Below, in pieces: positions 31,746-43,110 of a DNA stretch of 64,000 nucleotides. The position numbers and the translations under genes were made by a program. Each line of letters opens with the position of its first letter. Positions within the stretch are counted from its first letter, which is position 1. The stretch comes from Rebecca billardiae RCC1528 (lineage: Eukaryota > Protista > Haptophyta), in contig OZ251244.1 in the NCBI GenBank assembly GCA_965240325.2, positions 248,001-312,000 of the forward strand, read 5' to 3'. The notes under the pieces are model-generated. The model saw nothing but the letters and a program-made list of their open reading frames with translations, had not been told where the DNA came from and did no database searches.

Positions 31746-34506
31746 ATAACTCACTCGGTAGACCCACATGAGAGTAGATTGAGGTGGGGGCCGCGTTGAT
31801 AAACGCGTGAGGTGACTAGGTCACACCCCCGAAGCCGTCCAGGATGCGACGCCGACCAGGAAGGACTCGCCGATGCATTCGAGCAACTACGCCGACAGAA
31901 GCCGATGACCGCCTAGACGCCGAAGAGGAAGTACTCGATGGAGCACGTAGACCGCAGGCGCTGGCAGCCGACGCCCCCCCCCAACGCAAGTTTGGGCAGA
32001 GCGCGGCGCCGCAGGAGGCAGAGGCCTCGAGGGCCTCCACCCCCCCGACACCGCGCGCACCCAAGGCCATGCCCACCCAGCAACCAGCAGGGTGGGAGGG
32101 CAGGGAGAAACAACTCCCAGAGGAGGAGCAGCCACCAGCGCAGCGGTGACCAGAGCAGCCACGCCGGCCGCCGCGCCGCGGGTGCAGCCAGCGAGCGCGG
32201 CCGCACCCAGACGCGCATGGCTTGCCAAGCTGCTGAGCCAATCCAGGCCCGCGCCCAATCCGGGCCTGGCTCGGCTTGACGACCGGAAAACCTCCAGGCA
32301 GCCGGACCCTGGCTGCCAGCCCGCCCTCATGAGGGCTACCGGTGAGTTATACCCGCATAACCGAGCGGTTATACAACCATAACTCACTCGGTAGACCCAC
32401 ATGAGAGTAGATTGAGGTGGGGGCCGCGTTGATAAACGCGTGAGGTGACTAGGTCACACCCCCGAAGCCGTCCAGGATGCGACGCCGACCAGGAAGGACT
32501 CGCCGATGCATTCGAGCAACTACGCCGACAGAAGCCGATGACCGCCTAGACGCCGAAGAGGAAGTACTCGATGGAGCACGTAGACCGCAGGCGCTGGCAG
32601 CCGACGCCCCCCCCCAACGCAAGTTTGGGCAGAGCGCGGCGCCGCAGGAGGCAGAGGCCTCGAGGGCCTCCACCCAGAAGGAGGTGTGGAATGCCACACC
32701 CCGCAGGGGTGGTGGCCGGGGGCCCGAAGAGGCCGAGGCCGCCGAAGGGGTAGCGCGAGGACCGAAGGCGGCAGAGGCCCAGAGGGGCTCCCCGCAGGGT
32801 TGTATGAGTAAGGACGATCCAGACGGCATGAGACAGTGGGCACGAAAACATGCGCGGCGGCGGCGGCGCAGGCGGGAAGCAGGCGCGAGACACGCACGCG
32901 TAGCGTCAGATAAGGTAGCAGGTCGCATCCCACACACAGCAGTGCACGGCAGACTGCAGAGGAGGCGGCAGAGAAGGAGAGAGCAGCACCCACCCGCCAG
33001 GCGATGAAGGCAAGCGAGACTGCGAAGCGTGAGAAGATTGCAGACGGGGACGCCTGGGAGCGGTTCCCAGGCGCCCCCATCGAAAGCAGAGCATGAGAAG
33101 ATTGCAGACGGGGACGCCTCGAAGCGGTTCCGAGGCGCCCCCATTGAAAGCAGAGCATGAGAAGATTGCAGACGGGGACGCCTCGAAGCGGTTCCGAGGC
33201 GCCCCCATCGAAAGCAGAGCATGAGAAGATAGATTGCAGATGGGGACGCCTCGAAGCGGCTCCGAGGCGCCCCCATCGAAAGCAGATAGAGCATGAGAAG
33301 ATTGCAGACGGGGACGCCTCGAAGCGGCTCCGAGGCGCCCCCATCGAAAGCAGAGAGCAAGCAGGGCAGGTGCACGAGTGGAGAGAGCGAGGGCTGAGGG
33401 CGGCCTACCGCCGACGCACACGCACCTGGAAGAAACAACTCCCAGAGGAGGAGCAGCCACCAGCGCAGCGGTGACCAGAGCAGCCACGCCGGCCGCCGCG
33501 CCGCGGGTGCAGCCAGCGAGCGCGGCCGCACCCAGACGCGCATGGCTTGCCAAGCTGCTGACGGCATGAGACAGTGGGCACGAAGACATGCGCGGCGGCG
33601 GCGGCGCAGGCGGGAAGCAGGCGCGAGACACGCACGCGTAGCGTCAGATAAGGTAGCAGGTCGCATCCCACACACAGCAGTGCACGGCAGACTGCAGAGG
33701 AGGCGGCAGAGAAGGAGAGAGCAGCACCCACCCGCCAGGCGATGAAGGCAAGCGAGACTGCGAAGCGTGAGAAGATTGCAGACGGGGACGCCTGGGAGCG
33801 GTTCCCAGGCGCCCCCATCGAAAGCAGAGCATGAGAAGATTGCAGACGGGGACGCCTGGGAGTGGTTCCCAGGCGCCCCCATCGAAAGCAGAGCATGAGA
33901 AGATTGCAGACGGGGACGCCTCGAAGCGGTTCCGAGGCGCCCCCATCGAAAGCAGAGCATGAGAAGATTGCAGACGGGGACGCCTCGAAGCGGTTCCGAG
34001 GCGCCCCCATCGAAAGCAGAGCATGAGAAGATAGATTGCAGACGGGGACGCCTCGAAGCGGCTCCGAGGCGCCCCCATCGAAAGCAGATAGAGCATGAGA
34101 AGATTGCAGACGGGGACGCCTCGAAGCGGCTCCGAGGCGCCCCCATCGAAAGCAGAGAGCAAGCAGGGCAGGTGCACGAGTGGAGAGAGCGAGGGCTGAG
34201 GGCGGCCTACCGCCGACGCACACGCACCTGGAAGAAACAACTCCCAGAGGAGGAGCAGCCACCAGCGCAGCGGTGACCAGAGCAGCCACGCCGGCCGCCG
34301 CGCCGCGGGTGCAGCCAGCGAGCGCGGCCGCACCCAGACGCGCATCGCTCGCCAAGCTGCTGAGCCAATCCAGGCCCGCGCCCAATCCGGGCCTGGCTCG
34401 GCTTGACGACCGGAAAACCTCCAGGCAGCCGGACCCTGGCTGCCAGCCCGCCCTCATGAGGGCTACCGGTGAGTTATACCCGCATAACCGAGCGGTTATA
34501 CAACCA
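31746..34506. mobile_element. Two head-to-tail copies (31746-32378, 32379-34506) of a non-autonomous Helentron/HINE-like element
   Basis: Both copies start ataactcactcggtag. Both end with the subterminal inverted copy ctaccggtgagttata, the hairpin ATAACCG-AG-CGGTTAT and acaacc. No TSD is evident. The longer copy has internal tandem repeats and an internal duplication (32822 vs 33560). Confidence 0.6.
33031..34156 (-). repeat. 64-bp hairpin-forming tandem repeat, 5 copies (33031-33355) + 6 copies (33769-34156)
   Basis: Unit GAGAAGATTGCAGACGGGGACGCCTCGAAGCGGTTCCGAGGCGCCCCCATCGAAAGCAGAGCAT. Confidence 0.9.
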
Positions 34507-34893
34507 CGACGACGTAGTCGTACGCGCGAGTACGACTGCGGCGCGCTGCTCGACGAGTCGACGACGACGACGGGCGGCACATCAGAACTTACCGGCGGCC
34601 GGCACCGCGAGTTCCACTTCCAACGATCGCGCAATGTAGTTACTACCGCCTGCGCTACTTACGCAGCGAGCATACGACTAAATAACGTACTACGCACTAC
34701 GTATAGTTACCGTATCAGAGTATACATGATACGGATGACTGCATCATATCGTCATATTATTAAATATATATATATATGACCGCGTTCCGCGGTCCTTTTC
34801 TGCATAGAATCAACGCAGTTGGGGGCCCGCGGTGGCCGTGCAATCGCGGCTCTCCGCCGTAGTGGCAGTTCGCCAGTTGAAGTCGGTTCTGAG

Positions 34894-35986
34894 CGGATAT
34901 CCCCCTGCAACAGAGTAGGACTCAGTCCTATGCCATAGGACAAGATCACCAGAGCGCCAGCGCCTCAGTTCTGCGCGTACGATCATCGGTGTGGCTATAT
35001 CGTACACACAACTCAACCGGCTATTGACACACACCGTCTCCGCCTGCCGCCACTGCTACAGCGATCGGGCGCGCGCGCGCGTACGCGCGCGCGCGCGCGC
35101 TCGGTTGTGGGACAACCGGCGTCCAGGGACGGCCCCACAACCAGCACATGACAGCGTCAGTTGCTCGCCCCTGGCAGCCGAGCGGCGACCCTGGGCACGG
35201 ACAGCGCAGGCGAGTGCTCGCGCCGGATGCCCGCGCCACCGCCCGCACCGCCGCCCACGCCGCCAGGCGCGTTGCTGCCCGTAGCACACCGATTCTGGGG
35301 CGGGGCGAAGAGAGGGCAACCGCCATTGTGCGAGCGGCCACGGACCTCCCACGATGGTGGCAGCCGTCCTTGTGGACGATGAGCCCACGAATCCAATAGC
35401 GTGCGGGTCGAGCGTCGCGTAAATCGACTGCGGCACACGCATGGCGTGTCTACAGGTGCGATACCATCCACGCACGCGACATGGCAAGATGTTCCGGCTA
35501 CCTCCGAGGCTTGCTCTACATGCGCGCCGATGCTCGATCGCAACCACCTGACGACGCGAGAGACCCGCAGCAGCTTGCGCGCGCAGCCCCGGCGTGACGT
35601 ACAATGCCATGCTTGGCGAGGACCAAAACGCATTGTGGATGAACCTCATACGGCTCCGGTCGAACACAGTGAACCACGATGTGTGAGCATCAAGCTGGGT
35701 GTCATCTACAAGTGCCACATGGCGGTCGGCGTTGCCGCCGTGGAGTCGCAAGGCGGCAACGACCGCGACGGCTTCACGCGCTCCATCCGTGGAGCCCAAA
35801 ACATGCGGTGGTGGTCGAAAATCACAACAAGCTCGCCCTGGCGGATGGTGGCGACACTGCTACCGACCCCTAGGTGCAGTCGTACCATTCGGCAATATGA
35901 GAAAATGTCGTCTACTGAGTCGTCCCTGTGGCTGTCCTGTGGCATAGGACCCAGTCCTATGGCACAGGACAGCAGTGGGATATCCG
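34894..35986. mobile_element. Non-autonomous TIR DNA transposon (1093 bp, 4-bp TSD TGAG)
   Basis: Termini CGGATATCCC...GGGATATCCG with imperfect inverted similarity over about 50 bp. TGAG occurs at 34890-34893 and 35987-35990. Confidence 0.7.
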
Positions 35987-36125
35987 TGAGATGACTGAAG
36001 CTATTATTAGTCCGACCGTCGCCCTGCCTGCGCGACCGCGAGACTCATTCACACTTCACACAATCACAGCAGCGGACCTGAGACCGCACCCGGCACCGGT
36101 CGTCAAATCGGACGTCCGTCTGACA

Positions 36126-36273
36126 ACTAGCTGCCAAATGTCCAACTGGCTGATCAGCTCGGATCCGACCCGTCCGCGATCGTGCCATCGGCATCGGAAT
36201 TACTACTAGTAGCTGCCAAACTGTGTCCAACTCTGGCTGATCAGCTCGGATCCGACCCGTCCGCGATCGTGCC
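36126..36273. repeat. Imperfect direct duplication of about 60 bp
   Basis: tagctgccaaa(c)tgtccaact...ggctgatcagctcggatccgacccgtccgcgatcgtgcc occurs twice. Confidence 0.8.
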
Positions 36274-36662
36274 GAGTGAGTCGTGCCGCGGAGCTCGGAG
36301 TACTGAAGGAGTCGGGTGTGACAGCAGGGTGCTTTAGCGCTGCGGCCCGTGCCAGCCAACGACCAGACGTACTCTGGCCACTTGACCCGTTGCACGGGTG
36401 AGTGACCGTACGCCCTGCCTAGTGCCTACCGCGCGCGCCGCGCGACCGGCGACTCGGGGTGATGGAGAGCGGATGGCGACAGCAGCAGCAGTCCTCATGA
36501 AGACGATGAAACTGGCGGCACGGGTGCACGAGGTGGCAGGCGAAAGCGCGCCGACGAGACCGCATTTGACACACCTGAGCCGCACGCGCGTGCCGTCGCC
36601 GACGGCCGAGCGGCGAGCGCTGCAAACGCGCAACCGTACCGCGCGCGCCACGACGGCGCGGC

Positions 36663-38267
36663 ACTAGCTGATGCAGGCCGTACTCAGCCGGCACTGCTTC
36701 TGCGATCATGCGCCACGGTCGCAGCTGACTGCGTGAGCAGCAAGCGGGAGGCGGGTCCGGAGGCACGTGCAGGCGCCGTCCCGCATATCCGCCATCGCCC
36801 ATCGTGCCGGGGCACGTCACCTCCCGGACGATCCGGATGTGGCCCAGTCCGGACGTCACGCGATCCGGGAAGACGAGTACGATTCGCTCGTAACGAACCG
36901 TTACACTAATGTCACGGCCAGGCTCACGTCCCGTCCATCGATTACTTATGGAATCAGCTGGGCGCGCTCTTTTTCGGCCTAATAGACCTCTCTATGCGAT
37001 CTCAAAAACTCGAAACTCGGTCTCCGCCAGCCCTAAAAATCGCCCCCCGTCCCTGACTTTTTTTCCGCCGCCCCCCGTCCCTTTTTTCTTGATCAAAGAT
37101 CTTTTTGAAACGTGGTTCGGGCCCGCTGCGCTGGTGCGGGCTCCACGCTGCGCGCTCCGCCCTGCACCGCGGGCCATAATGAATTATTTAATTCATTATA
37201 TTGATATGATATATTTAACGACGTGGCAGCATCGGACAAGCGTCAGGCTCAGAGTGCAACAGACACATAGAATGCGTCCGCGCCTTCCGTCCAGGTCAGA
37301 CAGTGCGCCACCCGCAGCCCTGCCCCCCTACGGGAGCGGGGCCGGGATGGACTATGGAGCACCGCCTCGGCCTGGGGCANNNNNNNNNNNNNNNNNNNNN
37401 NNNNNNNNNNNNNNNNNNNNNNNNNNNNNNNNNNNNNNNNNNNNNNNNNNNNNNNNNNNNNNNNNNNNNNNNNNNNNNNNNNNNNNNNNNNNNNNNNNNN
37501 NNNNNNNNNNNNNNNNNNNNNNNNNNNNNNNNNNNNNNNNNNNNNNNNNNNNNNNNNNNNNNNNNNNNNNNNNNNNNNNACTAGCTGATGCAGGCCGTAC
37601 TGCCGGCACTGCTTCTGCGATCATGCGCCACGGTCGCAGCTGACTGCGTGAGCAGCAAGCGGGAGGCGGGTCCGGAGGCACGTGCAGGCGCCGTCCCGCA
37701 TATCCGCCATCGCCCATCGTGCCGGGGCACGTCACCTCCCGGACGATCCGGATGTGGCCCAGTCCGGACGTCACGCGATCCGGGAAGACGAGTACGATTC
37801 GCTCGTAACGAACCGTTACACTAATGTCACGGCCAGGCTCACGTCCCGTCCATCGATTACTTATGGAATCAGCTGGGCGCGCTCTTTTTCGGCCTAATAG
37901 ACCTCTCTATGCGATCTCAAAAACTCGAAACTCGGTCTCCGCCAGCCCTAAAAATCGCCCCCCGTCCCTGACTTTTTTTCCGCCGCCCCCCGTCCCTTTT
38001 TTCTTGATCAAAGATCTTTTTGAAACGTGGTTCGGGCCCGCTGGTGCGGGCTCCACGCTGCGCGCTCCGCCCTGCACCGCGGGCCATTACTGTACTGGTC
38101 AGTGGAAACATTATATTGATATGATATATTTAACGACGTGGCAGCATCGGACAAGCGTCAGGCTCAGAGTGCAACAGACACATAGAATGCGTCCGCGCCT
38201 TCCGTCCAGGTCAGACAGTGCGCCACCCGCAGCCCTGCCCCCCTACGGGAGCGGGGCCGGGATGGAG
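36663..38267. repeat. Near-identical duplicate (36663-37379 vs 37580-38267, continuing at 46312) flanking an assembly gap; probably two haplotypes
   Basis: The same sequence of about 700 bp lies on both sides of the N-run with a few local indels. Confidence 0.8.
37380..37579. other. Assembly gap (200 N)
   Basis: Run of N. Confidence 1.
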
Positions 38268-40730
38268 TAGGGGGTCCATCTGATTAAATCGAGTTTTGAT
38301 TTCTTTTCTTTTCCTTTTCAGAACTTGTTCGGCGTGTTTTCGCGATCGGCAGATTCCAAATCCGCGCTCGGCTCGGCCCGGCGCGGGAGCGGAGCTCTGA
38401 ACGGGGTCGGCAAGGCTGATGGCCCTCGTCGACGGCCGTCCGCTCGCCATTGGGCGCGCCCACATCGGCGCAGGCGCCTCGCCGAGCGACTCGGTGGACA
38501 CGGACACGTAGCCACGGTTCGTGTGGACCGGGCTCTCGCTGGGAGTCGCTGGCCAAACGACGCTCGTGCTTCATCATTTGAATCTGCGTGCTCGACGTGT
38601 GCTGCTCGCGACCAAGGAGCGCGTCCTGGGAGCACGTGCAGGAGAGCAATACGGAGACGAACATGCGCAATATGGTGGGATGGGCATCGACAACGACTGG
38701 ACACTGTCTCCTTCCCCACCCGTCGCTGCCATCTCGCCCTCGGACGTGCCCGCGACGCCTCTGCCGCAAGGGCCAGCTGCCGCCGACCAACTTGCGGACC
38801 GCTGTGCCGGGCATGACGAGGTCCAGGGCGCGGCAGATGATGATGCACGCGTGCCCATGGGTGTGTGCGACCCGCCCGAGGTCCCTGCCGGCACCGCCGA
38901 GGGGCTCGCCTCCTCCGCGGACGGCCTCGACTGTGAGCAACCGTGCAGGCCCGAGCTACGGCCTGACGTCAACGTCAGCGCGCAGCAGCTCGAGGAGACG
39001 GCGGTGGCGGCGCGCGCCATCCACGTGCTACAGCCTTCGACCAGCTGGCGCGTGGCCGGCACTCGCCCGCGGTACGCATCGGTGCTCGACTTCATGCTCC
39101 TCGACCTCCTCCGCACGCTCGTGGTCTCGTGGAGCTCATGCTTGAGAACTTGAAGAAGCACAAGCCGTTGGTCAGAGTGTTCACCCCTGCGTGCGCCCAG
39201 ACCGCGCGCGACGGTCGGACGAAGAAGCCCAAGGCGCTCACGCTCGTCTGCGTGGATGCGCTCGGCATCTCGTTGCGCCACGACTCGCCGCGGCTCGAGG
39301 TGATCGGCATCTGGCTGATGACCGTGCACAGGTGGTGGAAGGGCAAGCACGAGGACATGGAGCGCATCCTGAGCCGGAAGCAGGGCGCGTCGGCGGCGGA
39401 GAGGAAGGCGGAGCTGGATGTCGACGACACGTCGCTGGGCGCCGGCGACGACAGCTGCCCCTTCCGCGACCTCTACTCGCCCCCCGACGCCAGCGCGCCG
39501 CGCGCGTCCGCAGCAGGCCGCGTGCAGGTGCAGCTGCACGAGCAGCGCGTGACTCCTGCTGAGCACGCGATCATCTTGGAGCAGCAGGTGCGCCTGACGG
39601 AGCAGCAGGTGGAGCTGAACTCGTCGCGCAAGGCGATCGCGCGCGCCGTCGCCGACGCTGCGCGCGCCAGCTTGCGCGCCAACGCAACCGAGCGCAGCGC
39701 GCGCGGGGGCACAGATCGAGCTGCGGCCGAGCGGGCTGCCATGGCTGCCGACTGCGCCGAGTTCGAGCGCGAGAGGAGAGCGCCGGAGCTCGAGGGCGAG
39801 CGCGCGGCGAAGCGCGCGCAGTCCGCCGCAGTACTGGTGGACCGGTGACGCCCTCGCGTGGGCTAGGGTACGACGAACGGCGACGACGCCGGTGACACAG
39901 AGCACGGGCACGGAAGTCGCCGAACGGACCGCGGCAAGCTCGGCGGCGGCGACTGCTAGTCTGCGCACGCAAGCCTCGATGGCGGAGGACTCTCTCACGA
40001 CTATGGGGATGGTGGCATGCTCAGAGGTGGGCTTGGTAGTGTGCTTCGGCACGCAGCCCGCCGCCCGCATCAGGTCCGTCCGGGCCTGCTGCGGCACGGT
40101 TCGACTTCGAGTGGCATGAGCCCGCGGTCTCCGCGCGGCGGCGCGGCCTATTCGGATGACCCGGCACGAATAGTGAACAAGGTACCCCCATATTGACAGC
40201 ACCCTGAATATATATTTAAAACGCACCCGCTTTATATGATAAACGGGTAGACATGCGCATATATACGGGTACGTGTCTCTAATTAAATGGGTAACATGCT
40301 CGATCTTGGAGTAGTTTTTCCTCGCCCTCTACGCGCACTCATCGTGCCTTCTAAAAATCAGCAATTATTGGGATTACCGCAAGCTCCGAGCGTCTCGAGC
40401 CCTGCTAAAAGCTCACCGCGCACGACAGGACGGACGCCACCGCGAGGATCACATGCCTCGCGATCTCATCAGCTCTCAAGCCTCTGAACCTGGCCCTTAT
40501 TTCCGGCGCTCTTGCGCCGGGCCAAAACAGCGATCGAGCTCCGATCGCTCCTGGGCTCGGGGCGGTAGTATCATCGCCGTGCCGACTTACCCAGATTTTG
40601 CCGCGATCAGCCAATCGGCGATCGCACCGTCCGTCCTGTTGCCGCTCAACTTTGTACCACTGCTTCTCGTCCATGTCCGGTGCTGCTCACCTGCTTTCCT
40701 TGGACAAATCCAGTGTACCAGCATGACGCC

Positions 40731-40950
40731 CGCGCTGCTCCGCGCTGCTCCGCGCTGCTCCGCGCTGCTCCGCGCTGCTCCGCGCTGCTCCGCGCTGCTC
40801 CGCGCTGCTCCGCGCTGCTCCGCGCTGCTCCGCGCTGCTCCGCGCTGCTCCGCGCTGCTCCGCGCTGCTCCGCGCTGCTCCGCGCTGCTCCGCGCTGCTC
40901 CGCGCTGCTCCGCGCTGCTCCGCGCTGCTCCGCGCTGCTCCGCGCTGCTC
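40731..40950 (+). repeat. (CGCGCTGCTC)22 minisatellite in the LTR
   Basis: Direct count. Confidence 0.95.
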
Positions 40951-42658
40951 CGCGCGCTCCGCGCTGCTCCGCGCTGCTCCGCGCTGCTCCGCGCTGCTCC
41001 GCGCGCTCCGCGCTGCTCCGCGCGCCCCGCGCTGCTCCGCGCTCCCGCGCCGCTGCGCCCGCGCTGCTCCGCGCCCGCGCCGCTGCGCCCGCGCTGCTCC
41101 GCGCTCGCGCGTCTGCTGCCGCGCGCGTCCTGGACGCGCGCGCTGCCAGCCACTGCTCCGCAGCAGCTGCTGCCGCCGGCCCGCCTGATGCGGCGCCAGC
41201 CCTGACACCCCAGCGGCAACGCCATCTGCTGAGATGCGTGCCCCAGACTGTGCCAGTTCATCCGCACTGCTGCTCTGCAGCAGCTGCGCCGCCGGTCTGC
41301 CTGCTGCAGCACCGGCCCTGACTCACCGCCGGCGACGCCATCTGCTGAGATGCGCGCCCCTGGCCTCGTCAGCTCAACACCCCCCCTCGACAGCCATAGC
41401 CGCGAGCGAGTAGCACCGCTCATCGCGCGCGCGTCGGGTGTCGCACACCATGATGGCGTCGACGTGCCACTCAAACGTAGCAGCGTCGTCCGTCGCCTTC
41501 GTCATGATGTCGGCGTGGTACATTGACCTCACGCCACGTACTCCGCCTCCGTCGAGCTCAGCTGGGCCATAACCTGCAGCCCGCTGCTGTGCCACGACAC
41601 CGGCGATCCATTGTAGAAGACAATGATGCAGCCACCCGTCGACCTCCACCCGGATTCCCCTGGGTTGTTAGACCAAACAGAGTCACCCAAAGTGAGCAAG
41701 TCGTCGAGCTCGTCAATCTCCGCGCGCTGGACCAACGCCTTGTCCGCGTCGGTCAGCCTCGCGCGCGCCGCTGCCTCTGGCAGCCGTATCCGCGTGCTCG
41801 CGTTCGTGCCGAATCGCTCGAGCCCGCCATCGATCGCCTCTGCGACCCGCGGCAACCCGCCCGCATCTGCGCGGCGGTCCCGCGCCAAAGTTGCGCCGGT
41901 GGTATCTCATACCACCAGTGCGACTGCGCCCATGGCGCGCCCGCACCGCCCCGATCGCCGGCCTGCGGCATCGGCGGCTGTGCGCCCGTGCGCCCGCGCT
42001 GCTGCGCCCGCGCTGACCCGCGCCCGCGCTGCTGCGCCCGCGCACCTGTGCTACGCGGCGGCCCGCCAGCATCTGCTGCGGCCCCGCGCCGGGATTCCGT
42101 CGGCGGGATCCGACCCTGCCGACCCAGGCTGTGTCGCTGACGCGCCTGCTCCGCCACGCCCGCCCTGCGGCGTCGGCGTCGACGGCTGTGCGCACGCGCT
42201 GCTGCGCCCGCGCGCTGTTCCGCGCCTGCGCTGCCGCGCCCGTGCGCTGTTCCGCACCTGCGCTGCCGCGCCTGCGCGCTCCGCGCCCGCGCTGCTGCGC
42301 TCGCGCGCTGTTCCGCGCCCGCGCTGCTGCGCCCGCGCGCTGTTCCGCGCCCGCGCTGCCGCGCCCGCGCGCTGTTCCGCGTCCGCGCTGCCGCGCTCGC
42401 GCGCCGACGCCGACGCATCTGCGTCGCCGTCGTTCCTGACGTCGAACTCCGTCGCGTCGTCGTCACCGGCGTCGGCCGGCGGCTCGCCGCCGTCGCCGTC
42501 ATCGTCCTGCGCCGCGCGGCGGCCCGCCAGCATCTGCTGCGGCCCCGCGCCGTGATTCCGCCGGCGGTATCTGACCCTGCCGACCCGGCTGCGTCATCGA
42601 CGCGCCTGTCCCGCCACGCCCGCCCTGCGGCGTCGGCGTCGACGGCTGTGCGCCCGCA

Positions 42659-43110
42659 CTGCTGCACCCGCGCTGTCCCGCGTCCACGCTGCTGCGCCCG
42701 CGCCCCGACGTTGACGCATCTGCGTCGTCGTCGTACCCGACGTCGAACTCTGTCGCGTCGTCATTCCCGGCGTCGGCTGGCTGCTCGCCGCCGTCGCCGT
42801 CATCCGCGCCCGCGCTGCTGCACCCGCGCTGTCCCGCGTCCACGCTGCTGCGCCCGCGCCCCGACGTTGACGCATCTGCGTCGTCGTCGTACCCGACGTC
42901 GAACTCTGTCGCGTCGTCATTCCCGGCGTCGGCTGGCTGCTCGCCGCCGTCGCCGTCATCCGCGCCCGCGCTGCTGCACCCGCGCTGTCCCGCGTCCACG
43001 CTGCTGCGCCCGCGCCCCGACGTTGACGCATCTGCGTCGTCGTCGTACCCGACGTCGAACTCTGTCGCGTCGTCATTCCCGGCGTCGGCTGGCTGCTCGC
43101 CGCCGTCGCC
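42659..43110. repeat. 156-bp tandem repeat x3 inside the Copia element
   Basis: Units start at 42661, 42817 and 42973. Confidence 0.85.

Noticed and set aside
33031-33094. Hammerhead ribozyme in the 64-bp unit
   Set aside because: GAAA follows a stem, but the CUGANGA core is absent (CAGACGG) and those bases are part of the stem.
33031-34156. CRISPR array
   Set aside because: The units are near-identical end to end with no unique spacers, there are no cas genes, and the context is eukaryotic.
36909-37774. ORFs spanning the N-run
   Set aside because: Artefacts of the assembly gap.
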